Below are positions 9,756-21,977 of a stretch of DNA of 34,849 nt, piece after piece. The stretch spans positions 1 through 34,849 of the forward strand of contig NW_021832076.1 in the NCBI RefSeq assembly GCF_006345805.1, in the 5' to 3' direction. Source of the DNA: Octopus sinensis. Taxonomy: Eukaryota. Each line of letters begins with the position of its first letter. Position 1 is the first letter of the stretch. A program made the position numbers and the translations under genes. Below the pieces are notes generated by a model. It ran no database searches. It worked only from the letters and a program-made list of their open reading frames with translations, and was not told the DNA's origin.

Positions 9756-10367
9756 TATCATCATACTTAACAAAGATCAAATTTTGATTTTAACGTATTT
9801 CAATTTCAGAGTTACTTCCCTTGCATTCCTCCACATGAACTCTTATTAACTCTAATAAATTTCCTTGCCTTTATGAGAATTTCTATAATGACAGAATTAC
9901 ATTAGACTCAATAAATTAAGTATCTTATACTACATCCTCTTCGCCATGAATTGTAAGGTGTTGTGCCAAAACCGACGGATTCAGAACGTGAAATAAAATC
10001 AAGGGAAGAAATGAGATCTGCCGTCTATTCATACATTCCGTATTGGAAATCGTATGCCTATACATAGGTAAATATATATATGCACACACACACACACACA
10101 TCAGCTGTTAATTTTAATCGTGCAGTGATTTCATCTCTAGTCAGTACATGGTGAGTGAATTCATTTTTTCGTTTCTGCTTTTTTTGCCATCTGCTGAGTA
10201 AATACACCGCTTTAGATTAATTAAAGTTTTATTCACAAAGTAAATACGTCACATTTCATTAACAATAATAAGAAAAAGGATTATTAGTGTAGTTGCATCG
10301 GTTTCCTTTATTGGCTTTCAGATGTGCAACTGTACTTCAAGGAGATCTCTGTCTCCCTCCGTTTTCA

Positions 10368-10475
10368 ATTATATATATATGTATATATATATATACGTAT
10401 ATGTACATATGCATATGTATATATGTATGTATATATATATATGTATATATATATATAACATATATAGCATATATG

Positions 10476-10519
<44 letters not shown>

Positions 10520-10705
10520 GTGTGTATATATATACATATAGGTGTATATATATATATATATATATCTGTATATATGTAAGCTTTGGATATATATAGATTT
10601 ATATATAAGTATATATGTATATATATATGTATACATATATGTGTATATATAGATATATAGATATGTCTATATATATATATCTATATCTATATATATATAT
10701 ATATG

Positions 10706-10736
<31 letters not shown>

Positions 10737-10860
10737 GCATACAATCACGCGTGCATAATATATATATATGTATGCATACATACATGCATAGCTACATACG
10801 TAGACGTGTGTATTTGCGCCTGAATGCATATGACAATTTCTGCGCGCACTTCAGAGTGTG

Positions 10861-10917
<57 letters not shown>

Positions 10918-11363
10918 TGTGTGTGTGTGTGGGTGTGTGTGTGGGTGTGTTTGTGTGTGTGTGCGTGCGTGTGCTTGTGTATGTCTACGATTTTATTAAC
11001 AAGCGAAGAACATTTCATACAATCATTGGTGTCGACATTATATTGATTTCGAAACATCTGATGATTGCTAACATGATATCTAGACATGCAAACCTGCATA
11101 GGTTTGTAAATACATGCACACATACGCACATATATGTATACATACATACATACATACATACCATACATACATACATGCATATATATATATATATATATAT
11201 TATATATAGAGAGAGAGAGAGAGAGAGGAAAATTAGATAGATAGATATATTGATAGATATATATAGATATATATACATGCGTGTACGCAGGCATATATAT
11301 ATATACATACATACACACATATATAGATATAAACACATGTATATGTATGTATATATACATGCA

Positions 11364-11410
<47 letters not shown>
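10368..11410. repeat. Compound (TA)n/(CA)n/(TG)n/(TACA)n/(GA)n microsatellite block
   Basis: Read directly from the sequence; it explains all overlapping ORFs. Confidence 0.92.
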
Positions 11411-11762
11411 GTATACATGTTTAATGAGAGAAACGGAAGATGAAGGATACGTGAAATTTTATTAACTCATTCGATCATTGATCAACTGAGAAGATACCTA
11501 ATTATTACTCGAAGAAGCACATCTATACGGTCGGATGCTCCTGAGCCAGTTTTTTAAGTATTGCAACCCTGAAGTATCGATGCTAGTATCGATGCTATTT
11601 GAATGGAAACAGTTGTGTTGTGATTACTTAAATACACACCGAACACTGAAAGTGAACGCGCTCTACCGATAAGCTCCCATATATATACCATACGATTTAT
11701 TATATGATTATACATATATATGTGTGTGTGTTTGTGTGTGTGTGTGCGTGTGTGGTGTGTGT

Positions 11763-11809
<47 letters not shown>

Positions 11810-11812
<3 letters not shown>

Positions 11813-11985
11813 ATATTCCTTTTCCTTTGGTCTTTCCTATGTTTCCTGTTTCCGAAGAAGAGCTATGCTCGAAACGTAAGACAACAACTCTTTACTGTCT
11901 CTGAGCGTCTTATTAATACTTTACATGTGCTATGCCCTCTCCTTGTTGTCGTTTCTTGTTATTTGCTTCGTTTTTATGAATTAAT
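11810..11985 (+). mobile_element. Short repeat carrying a minimal type I hammerhead-like motif at 11847-11883
   Basis: TGTTT-CCGAAGA-A-GAGC-TAT-GCTC-GAAAC-GTA-AGACA has a 5-bp stem I, a 4-bp stem II, no loop 3 and a U4-to-C variant. It is related to 2119-2350 and 16135-16300. Confidence 0.55.
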
Positions 11986-12049
11986 TATATGTATGTGTGT
12001 ATACACGCACACTCATATACACATCACATATTTATATATTTCTATATTG

Positions 12050-12420
12050 GTGCAGAAGTGGGAATGCGATTAAAACTTACTTCCCAACGATATGGTTCCG
12101 GGTTCAATGCGTGACAACCAGGGCAAGTTGGTGGAAACTGAAAGAAGCTGGTCGTATGCATGTGAGCGCGTGTGCGTAGTGTTTGTGTGTGTGTTTGTGT
12201 CGTTGTGTCTGTGTTTAGCTGTGTTGGTAACCGGTGTTGGTGTGTTGATGTCTCCGTAAATTAGAAGTTCGCAAAAGCCGCCGACAGAATAAGTACCAGG
12301 GTTAGCGAAACAAATATATAAATGAATAAGTGCTGGAGTCAATTCATTCGACTAAAATTTCTTCAAAGTGTTGCCCCAGCATGACCAGTCTAATGATTGA
12401 AAGAAAACATAAAAGACAAA
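12050..12420 (+). mobile_element. Diverged SINE, family D-like
   Basis: The head ATGGTTCCGGGTTCA...GGAAACTGAAAGAAGC is followed by an internal TG tract and the tail ACCGGTGTTGGTGTG...AGAATAAGTACCAGG...CCCCAGCATG. Confidence 0.7.
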
Positions 12421-12473
12421 AGATAAAGATACACGCATACACTAACACACACACACACACACACACTCTTTCA

Positions 12474-12516
<43 letters not shown>

Positions 12517-12865
12517 GCACACACATACTCACACACATAGACACACACAGAAGCGCATACTCGATGTGTTCCGCACAGCATTCCAATGTTATTCGTTATA
12601 GTATGGCTACAGTAGAAATCATCTACCGAGAGTACAGTACAGCAAGATCAAACGTTAAAATGCAGAAAAAAATCTCGAGCGAAAATTGAGCTTCTTATCC
12701 TTGCAGCCATATTATCGAATTTCTCCTTTCCACAAGGAAAAGAATAGCGTGAGACATGGAGGAGATGCTTGTTATTAGTCCCCCTCCTTTCCCTCTCTTC
12801 CTCTCTCTGCCTGGCTCTTTCTCTCTTTCTGAATATATATATATATATAAAGAGAGAACAAACGT

Positions 12866-12933
12866 TGGCAGTGGTGGGATTCGAAGAGACTGGTGCATTA
12901 AGTCAGCGCCTTAGACCGTTCGGCTACGCTACT
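12866..12933 (-). pseudogene. tRNA-Leu-derived pseudogene (AAG-type ancestor) with a 14-nt internal deletion
   Basis: The minus strand reads AGTAGCGTAGCCGAACGGTCTAAGGCGCTGACTTAATGCACCAGTCTCTTCG|AATCCCACCACTGCCA. It aligns to metazoan tRNA-Leu GGTAGCGTGGCCGAGCGGTCTAAGGCGCTGG.TTAAGGC.CCAGTCTCTTCGGAGGCGTGGGTTCGAATCCCACCGCTGCCA, lacking GAGGCGTGGGTTCG. Confidence 0.85.
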
Positions 12934-12955
12934 CGTTTCCACTGCAGTCAACTTT

Positions 12956-13002
<47 letters not shown>

Positions 13003-13542
13003 CATACAAATGGAACAAGAACGCAAAACATCCAGACAGTTAGGTGATACAAAAAAGTGACAATATAACATCCAGATATACGATACAAAGAAAACAAGGA
13101 CGGGTCATTCGGAATTTTCTTTCCTCGGTTGAGTTTCAGATTATCTTTGCAATTTATTGCAAGAACACAGTTGATAAGATACCTTTGTGATCTTTCTATA
13201 GCTTCATCGTCAAGGAAACATCAATACCTATGATGCCTAAAAAACTTACATGACTAAAGACGAGTAATTATTTTTAAGAGCTGTGGCCTGGTTCAAATGC
13301 TCAGAACATAGTGGTGTAAGCTAAAGACACCCAACGAGCAAGTTCCTTTTATCAAACTAGAGTTTTCAAATGACTTTTTGACGGTACCTTTCCATGAACA
13401 TGTTTTCGTATTTTTAAAACAAATCTGATTCAAGAAGAAAGAAATACAGAACGTGAAGAATAGTTATACCTGTCAAGAGAAATATCAGTAACAGAACTTA
13501 AGAAAAAATAACAATAGGAAGAAACAGAAAAAGACGTAGAGG

Positions 13543-13676
13543 CAGAAGAAGAAGAAGAAGAAGAAGAAGAAGAAGAAGAAGAAGAAGAAGAAGAAGAAGA
13601 AGAGAGAAGAAGAAGAGAAGAAGAAGAAGAAGAAGAAAAAGAAGAAGAAGAAGAAGAAGAAGAAGACGAAGAAGAA
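13543..13676. repeat. (GAA)n trinucleotide microsatellite
   Basis: Read directly from the sequence; it produces the poly-Ser ORF 13430-13717. Confidence 0.95.
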
Positions 13677-13810
13677 TTGTTAGTCATAGAAGAAAACAGA
13701 CACGTGGAAGAGTACATATGTTAAGTGGCAGATAAACATATATGCATTGTTGTTTCAGCTTCCGTAGAGTTATATACACATATATATACATACATATATA
13801 CTTACAAATA

Positions 13811-13849
<39 letters not shown>

Positions 13850-14222
13850 TATATAGGTATATATACATACCTACATACTTGTATATATACATATATATAT
13901 ATATATACATGTATATGTGTGTATGTATCTATGTGTATGTGTATACACATATATACATAAGCAGACACACACACATACACACACTCATACACATATATAT
14001 ATAGATATACAAAGTATACAAACAGACTTTAAGTATGGATATAGAGGGCAGAGACAAAACATGTTGCTGTGTCTGTGTGTGTGGACTGGTATGTCAAGTA
14101 AACATAAAAATACATTCATGGTAGCTATAACAGAAGAGAGACATTTTCACACGTATAGAAGTATACACACATGCAAATACATACATACTTAGACACACAT
14201 ACATACACACACGCAAGCACAG

Positions 14223-14303
<81 letters not shown>

Positions 14304-14501
14304 TATGGTGTGTGTGAGTGTGTATGTATATGTATAGGTGAATATAGACACATTGTTGATGAGGGAGGTCCTTCTTTAAGAGACTTTTAACCTACTACTC
14401 CGTGTAGAGTGGCTGTTCAGTTTCTCTCTGAAGTGTTTATATTACATGTATATATATTACATCTTAGTAGATATATATGTTTATATGTTTGTGTGTTTTC
14501 A

Positions 14502-14548
14502 TAGATAGATAGATAAATTGATAGATATATAGATAGATAGATAGATAC

Positions 14549-14615
<67 letters not shown>

Positions 14616-14624
14616 CATAGATAC

Positions 14625-14685
<61 letters not shown>
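14502..14685. repeat. (ATAG)n microsatellite
   Basis: Read directly from the sequence. Confidence 0.95.
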
Positions 14686-14802
14686 GTCAGAGAGGGAGAG
14701 AGAGATAAATACATAGAAAATTGAAGGATAAACAGGGAAATAGATATTATTTGTATCTCTATGTATATGTACGTATGTATATTTATAGAGAACGAAAGAC
14801 CC

Positions 14803-14833
<31 letters not shown>

Positions 14834-15009
14834 TAAAGTGAGGGTGAAGTTTTAGAAAATATTTGTATATATAAAAATACTTATATTGACTATGGTATAT
14901 ATATATTAATATATATATATATATTATGTGCATATGGGAATACATGTATATATATTATGTGTTTTTATCTATATACCTATCTATCTCCTTCTCTCTTTTC
15001 CTGTATCTC

Positions 15010-15050
<41 letters not shown>

Positions 15051-15326
15051 ACACACACACACATATATATATAGCGTATATGTATGCGTAATAAAATAAC
15101 TTAACGTGGTTAGCATGCATAAATAAAAGTCAATGAAACATAACATATTTTTTAAAACATAGAAGTGTATAAAGCATGTTTATACACAAAGAGGATACCT
15201 TTTCAGCATGTAAGGCCTTTTTAACTTGTAAGGAGACCTGTCAAGGATCTCCTCTTTCTGTATAAAAATATTTTATACCCTCATATATATATATATATAT
15301 ATAATATATATATTATATATATATAC

Positions 15327-15363
<37 letters not shown>

Positions 15364-15484
15364 AGATTCAGATGAATATGGTACTTAAGTTGAGGCACCA
15401 AAATTTAGTACGGTGTTATCCATACAATTTCAAAGTAAGGTGATTAAAATCAAAATAAGCAACAAGGATATCCAGAGGTAATGC

Positions 15485-15570
15485 TGCAGTACGATCGTTT
15501 CAAGCAACTCCATTTAATTGAACAATCCTATCATTGCATCAATTTAAATGCAGAGCAATCCTCAGCTGCA
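15485..15570 (-). ncRNA. Type I hammerhead ribozyme (Penelope-type)
   Basis: The minus strand reads TGCAG-CTGAGGA-[long stem II GCTC..CATTTAAATTGA/TCAATTAAATGGAGT]-GAAAC-GATC-GTA-CTGCA. It has a perfect 5-bp stem I and the palindromic stem III ACGATCGT. The base of stem II is unpaired (T/T). Confidence 0.7.
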
Positions 15571-15647
15571 TAGAGACAGAATTTATATAAATTAAAACAG
15601 TTGGACACATTAGTATGATTTTACCTAAAATCTCCAAGACGTTAAGG

Positions 15648-15977
15648 AGATAGACAAAGAACATGCTGTCTTCACTTCAGCTTAGAAGCTACTAAGGTAT
15701 CTGGAAGAAAGACTTGTTGCAAATTTTGCTTGTCACTGTGTCAGTTTCACTTTTTAGACTAGTTTATCAAATCTTTGTATATCTAAGGCCAAAAGAACAA
15801 GGAGTAGTGTCTGCTAGGAAGGGGCTGAGGGAGTCGACAGAAATCACAGTGGGTATAGTCATAAAAAACAGTTAAGATTTATTTGACGTAATATAATGAG
15901 CTTTGTTAATGAGATTTCTTCCTGATACCTTAGTAGCTTCTAAGCTGAAGTGAAAACAGCATGTTCTTTGTCTATCT
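15648..15977. repeat. Inverted repeat: 63-bp arms 15648-15710 and 15915-15977, 204-bp spacer
   Basis: AGATAGACAAAGAACATGCTGT.TTCACTTCAGCTTAGAAGCTACTAAGGTATC.GGAAGAAA and its reverse complement, with 2 mismatches. Confidence 0.93.
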
Positions 15978-15994
15978 TTATATATATAAAGATA

Positions 15995-16114
<120 letters not shown>

Positions 16115-16134
16115 AAATTTACAGAGACCAAAAG

Positions 16135-16300
16135 ACGGAATCAGTTGAAGGGACAACAACCACGTGTATTCGTTTAACGCTCAGGAAGACTGGAAAAGCA
16201 TTTAGCGTTTCGAGCTTATCCTCTTCGACTGAAATTATTGAGAGGAAAAAAATACGGAAAGAACGAAAATAAAACCGGTGAGAAACAAATGTGTCAGGAT
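16135..16300 (-). mobile_element. Short repeat with a degenerate hammerhead-like motif at 16201-16234
   Basis: The minus strand reads TTT-CAGTCGA-A-GAG-GATAAG-CTC-GAAAC-GCT-AAA. It has the same architecture as 2215-2252 and 11847-11883, but the core is mutated. Confidence 0.45.
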
Positions 16301-16515
16301 TAACGGTTCAACATGATGTGTATGTATGCAGGTATGTATAAGTAGATAAAGAGATAGCTATTGAAGGAATAGAAGAAAAACGAAACAAAGGGACGTAATA
16401 CGTGCAATACCTACATCAACTGTCGACTGGATGTCATAACAATGGCAATGTTTTCAATCCTGTAGTGCCACCCATATAGAACTGCTCGTGTTACTCTCTT
16501 TCTCTCTTTTTACTT

Positions 16516-16801
16516 TTTTACTTGTTTCAGTCATTTGAGTGTTGCCATGCTGGAGCACCGCCTTTAGTCGAGCAAATCGACCCCAGGACTTATTCTTTGT
16601 AAGCCTAGTACTTATTCTATCGGTCACTTTTGCCGAACCGCTAAGTTAAGGGGACGTAAACACACCAGCATCGGTTGTCAAGCGATGTCGGGGGAACAAA
16701 CACTGACACATAAACATATACACACACATATATACATATATGTATATATAACACAGACACACAAACGTATACACACATGCATATATATTATATATATATA
16801 T

Positions 16802-16838
<37 letters not shown>

Positions 16839-17064
16839 TCAATATAGGGTGGCAAAAAAATTTCGTAGATTTTTCTTAGATGTTTTGCCACCAGCGGCCT
16901 AGTGGGAAAAAATTAAATAGTCAAAGACCATTTATAATTCAACATCAAACAATCAAGGAACGACCATAATAGGCTATTCACCCACTGAAGCTTTGGCTGT
17001 TATTTCTAGTGGGTGAATAGCCTATTATGGCCGTTCCTTGATTGTTGATGTTGAATATATATAT

Positions 17065-17120
<56 letters not shown>

Positions 17121-17124
17121 ATAT

Positions 17125-17164
<40 letters not shown>

Positions 17165-17329
17165 ACGATCTGCTTCTTTGAGTTTCCATCTACCAAATCC
17201 ACTCACAAGGCCTTGGTCGGCCCGAGGCTATAGTAGAAGACACTTGCCTATGGTGCTACGCGGTGGGACTGAGCCCTGAAATATGTGGTTGGCAAGCAAG
17301 CTACTTACTACACAGACACTCCTACGCCT
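16516..17329 (-). mobile_element. SINE family D, interrupted within its internal microsatellite by an insert of about 210 bp (16846-17056)
   Basis: The tail half (16516-16700) and head half (17165-17329) match the uninterrupted copy at 18187-18610. Confidence 0.88.
16937..17056. repeat. Inverted repeat: arms of about 49 bp (16937-16986, 17008-17056), 21-bp spacer
   Basis: TTCAACATCAA(A)CAATCAAGGAACG.CCATAATAGGCTATTCACCCACT and its reverse complement, with 1 substitution and 1 indel. Confidence 0.93.
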
Positions 17330-18186
17330 ATAGACGATTTGACAAAAAGAATTGAACAAATTCAGAAAATATCAATTTTCCATGTGCATTCGGGATCGTA
17401 ATGCCAAAACAAATACCACAAGAGAAATCTACTAATGTCCTAAACACTTCTAATTTATCGCCAGTGGTCAGTTTGAGTCTTGGTGATAGATGGGTCATGA
17501 GAACTCCTGACTTTGTCACAAACAAAACTTTCATTAGTCGACGAGATTTAAGCCTATCACAAAACAAAATGATTAGTCCTTCAACCGGTGAATCGCAAAC
17601 GACACGTCACGGAAGAACTCTAAGAGCGCTGTTAAGATGAAACGGACCTGCTGACCTGATCGTACGAAGGTAACGAAATCTCTTGATGTTACTTTCAACA
17701 GTTTTTTTTCTCAGTGTTGTTGAGATGAATTTGGTTCTTTATAGCATAGAAGATAACCTTAAGGACCAAGTTGTGTATCCATGTATACCTGTTCAATGTT
17801 AATGAACAGTTGGAAAGAATATGTTTCGTTGTTCCGACCTTTCCGCATTCGCATTTGCCATTCTCTTAGACATTCCATCTTACTATATTCGTAGGTGATG
17901 GCAAAACATCATAAGATGAACGATGAGTTAGGCCTAACGATAGCAACAGTCGTCTCACACTGTGTCCAACAAACCCTCTACGTCCGAACTGCAAGATATA
18001 ATTTCAGAGTACAGGGAGCCCATGCTCATGATGGAGCATCTTCAAAACGTGTTATTCACAATATTGTTATATACAAGTCTGATTGATAAAAAAAAAAACA
18101 TAAGCAATAGATTTGTAGATTTTTTTCTGAATTTCAAATTTTAAAATATAGCTTTTTTCCTCTTTACTTCTCTTACTCTTTTACTC

Positions 18187-18392
18187 TTTTACTTGTTTCA
18201 GTCATTTGACTGGGGCCATGCTGGAGCACCACCTTTAGTCGAGGAAATCGACCCCGGGACCTATTCTTTGTAAGCCCAGTACTTATTCTATCAGTCTCTT
18301 TTTTGCCGAACCGCTAAGTAACGGGGACGTAAACACACCAGCATCGGTTGTCAAGCAATGCTAGGGGGACAAACACAGACACACAAACACAT

Positions 18393-18443
<51 letters not shown>

Positions 18444-18610
18444 TACGACAGGCTTCTTTTCAGTTTCCGTCTACCAAATCCACTCACAAGGCATTGGTCG
18501 GTCCGGGGCTATAGCAGAAGACACTTGCCCAAGATGCCACGCAGTGGGACTGAACCCGGAACCATGTGGTTGGTTAACAAGCTACTTACCACACAGCCAC
18601 TCCTGCGCCT
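18187..18610 (-). mobile_element. Full-length SINE family D (tRNA-like head, CORE-like region, internal CA/TA microsatellite)
   Basis: The minus-strand head is AGGCGCAGGAGTGGCTGTGTGGTAAGTAGCTTG...CATGGTTCCGGGTTCAGTCCCACTGCGTGGCA.CTTGGGCAAGTGTCTTC. There are multiple homologous copies in this window. Confidence 0.92.
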
Positions 18611-18959
18611 ATACTTCTGTTTTTTGGGGGTTTTTTTATTTTTATCCACCCATTTGACAGAGAAATTGTGATTATTGGTTTGTCTCCATTGTGGAATAAA
18701 ATTAAAAGAGTTGAGAATTAATTGTTTATATTTCGTTTAGACATATGCGTACACACAAGCATGGACGCACGCATATACACACGCAGACACACACACTCAC
18801 GTACACACGTGTCAGTTGTAATTAATTTTTCGATAAAAATGAGAAAAATAATTAGCGATAATGTATACTAAAAACAAAATTAGCATAATTTCGTTAATCG
18901 ATATGTGTGGGTGTTTGTGTCTTTTGTGTGTGTGGTGTGTTTTATGTGTGTATTTGTAC

Positions 18960-18961
18960 GC

Positions 18962-19044
<83 letters not shown>

Positions 19045-19278
19045 GAGACAGAGAGAGACAGAGAGAAAGACAGAAGGAGATAGAGGAAGAGACAGGGAGA
19101 GAGTAATAGCTAGATAGATAAATAGGTAGATAGATAGCGACAAGACAGACACAGAGTGAAAGAGATAGATAAAGAGAAACACACAAAAGGAGAAGATTAT
19201 ACACATGTCTATAAAGTTATATACACACACTCATATATATATATATATATATAGATATATTATATATATATATATATG

Positions 19279-19310
<32 letters not shown>

Positions 19311-19500
19311 GTATATACATACATATATGTATATATATATATGCATATATATACATATATATATATATATACATACATATATATGTGTGTGTATGTATGT
19401 ATATATATATATGTATATATATATATGTTATATATATATATTATGTATATATATATATACTTACATATATACATATATATATATATATATATAATAATAA
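18960..19500. repeat. Compound (TA)n/(GA)n/(GACA)n/(TA)n microsatellite block
   Basis: Read directly from the sequence. Confidence 0.92.
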
Positions 19501-19937
19501 TAATTACTGGTATCCTTATATATTACTATATTTTATATCTTATATGTAAAGCATATAAAGAGCGTGTGTATGCGCGCGCGCGTGTCTGTGTGTAAGAAAG
19601 AGACATAGGCTAAAAGAGATGAATCATTATGAGGAGTGAGAGATTATATGTGTGAGCGAAAGAAACACTGAATAAAAAAGGATAGAGGGAAATGAGAAAG
19701 AAACAGAGAGAAAATAAGTTTCTATAGAAGTTTGAAGAGAGCTGGAGAGAGAGAGAGAGAGAGAGAGAGGGAGACGCTGATGTTTGATACTATATGTGTG
19801 TGTGTATGTGTGATTGTGTGTGTGTGTGTGTGTGTGTGCATGCGTGCGGCGTTCAACTATCACCGATACTCACCTAACATTCAATCATTTTCTTTATTTA
19901 ATCTCCATTTTTATATTCAAAAAAGTTTCCAAGGAAA

Positions 19938-21976
19938 ATGATCTCAATCCCTACAAGCGTAGACGGGGTAGATGTGGATGGTCATTATTCTACAATGAAG
20001 CAAAGACGAGTACGGGTAGCCAGAGTAAGATCACTAGTGACCCCTGCACAACGACAGCAATGGCATGAAAACGACCGAATGAGAGCAGCTGCAGGTAGGG
20101 CCAATGAATCACAAGAAAAGCCAAGAGCAAAACGGTTAGAACAATTACGTCAACAAAATGCAGTCCGCAGGAGTCAAGAGTCAAAAAAGGAAAGAGAAAA
20201 AAAACGTTTAAAGGATGCGAGACGAAGACGAGCTGCCAGAGTTACCAATGAGATAAGTCAGTGAGAGATTAGACAAAGAATATAAAGCCAGGAGCAAACA
20301 GTTGCTACAAGACTTCACCAATCCTCAGAGGGAAGACGTAAGCGTCTTCACCAAGATAGGCTGAATACGTTTGACAAAAGTGTTGCATCTTTTAAGGGGA
20401 CTTGAAAAGATCAGCTTTCAACTATGACCCAAAACAGGATTATTATACAGAGAAATTGATTGATATTGGAGCAATGTGAAAAGAGTGCAGTTTTTGTAAA
20501 GGAAAGAAATGTGAAAGAGAAATCGCTATGTGCTGTAATAGAGGAACGGTTGTTTTACCGACGTTTGGTGCACCAACAGATACTTTGAGTGCATTGCTTT
20601 GGGGAAACACACCAATGGGCATACACTTCTTGGAAAACTTTAGGAATTATAATTCTGCTTTCCAAATGAGCTACTTTAGTAGCAAAACTATTAGAGAAGG
20701 ACATAAGAGGCAACAATAAATCTATGGGAAGAGTTACATTAGTTTTATCAAGAGACTTCAGACACACATTACCAGTCATTCCGAGAGGAACAAGAGCTGA
20801 TGAAATAAAAGTATGCATTAAGACATCACACCTATGGAATAAACTTCTTCAATACTAACATGCAGGCTCTATTACATGGTGACCAGTATGCAAAACCGTT
20901 TTCAACCGGGCTCCTCCAATTAGGAAATAAGAAAGTACCATTTGATGGGAATGGTGATACAATTTGGCTCATATCGCTATCATGGTGAATTCCCCAGCCG
21001 AGATATTTCCAGACTTAAGTAATAATTAAAAATTCACATAAATGGTTGTGTGAAAAGGCAATTCTTGCTCCAAAAAATGAGAGTAGCAAAGATTAACCAT
21101 GAATTAATGAAGAAGATTCCAACCATCATTAAGGAGTACAAATCAGTTGATTCAGTCCTTGATGAATATCAAGTTGTCCATTACACAGGTGAATTCCTTA
21201 ATTCTCTTGAGCCACCTGGAACTCCTCCACATAAACTTTTTCTATAGGTAGAAGTCCTGATAATGCTTTAGAAATTTAGGTCCTCCAATGTTATGCAATG
21301 GGACAAAGTTGATTGTGAAGACATTATCGCCTATTGTGATAGAAATTGCCATAATCCTGGATGTACCCCGAGGGCACATCCAAGGATTATGGATGTGCCA
21401 TAATCCAGGGATTATGGATGTGCCATAAAGAGGTATTCATTCCAAGAATTCTAATCAAACCAACAGACATAACTTTTAAGTTTAAATGAACACAATTCCT
21501 CGTGCGACTTTGCTTCGCAATGTCTATTAATAAAGCTCAAGGTTAGACTTTGAAATTTGCTGGCTTGCACTTAATGGAGTTTTGCTTTTTTCGTGGTCAA
21601 CGTCATGTGGGTTGCTCCAGGGTTCGTAGTTTTCAAGAATTATTTGTCTATGCTCCAAACCAAAGAACAAAGAATGTTTTGTTTACCCAGACACTCTTAT
21701 GTGATGTCCTTCAACATATGTGATGGAATTTTTTCTCCCTTCATAAAATTGGTAATATTTTTTTGTATTTTCGTTTTTATTATTTTATTTATTTATTTAT
21801 TTATTTATTTATTTGTGTTATGCATCCAGAATTTATTTCAAACTGAAGAATAATTTGTATCCTAACTGAATAATTTGAATTTAGAATAACAAATTTCTAT
21901 AGAACATATTTTGTTCTTTCCTTCCGATATATAAGGAACTATTTTATTCCTGGGCAACGCTGGGTTCCTCTACTAG
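19938..21976 (+). mobile_element. Decayed, internally deleted Helitron (Rep/Helicase pseudogene with its 3' terminus)
   Basis: An N-terminal charged repeat region is followed by FNYDPKQDY..IDIGAM*KECSFCKGKKCEREIAMCCNRGTVVLP...HFLENFRNYNSAFQMSYF. Then come PIF1-like helicase motifs: DIRGNNKSMGRVTLVLSRDFRHTLPVIPRGTRADE, TNMQ, WLCEKAILAPKN, EFLNSLEPPGTPPHKL, RNLGPPMLCNGT, FAMSINKAQG*TL, FFRGQRHVGCSRV. The 3' end is CCTGGGCAACGCTGGG..CTACTAG|T at 21949-21976. There are many stops and frameshifts, and I could not locate the 5' TC end. Confidence 0.92.
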
Positions 21977-21977
21977 T

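Noticed and set aside
10115-10365. Plus-strand donor ATG|GTGAGT (about 10150) and acceptor TTTCAG| (about 10320) as an intron
   Set aside because: The downstream frame runs into (TA)n with no donor site, and I recognise no peptide.
11568-11622. CTGAAGT...GAAACAGTTGTG as a hammerhead
   Set aside because: Core A9 and the cleavage triplet are wrong, and the stems are unsupported. At best it is a heavily decayed relic.
17884-18080. Strong minus-strand acceptor (T11..ATCAATCAG) and donor (GTAAGA) as a coding exon
   Set aside because: All three frames contain stops. It could only be non-coding.
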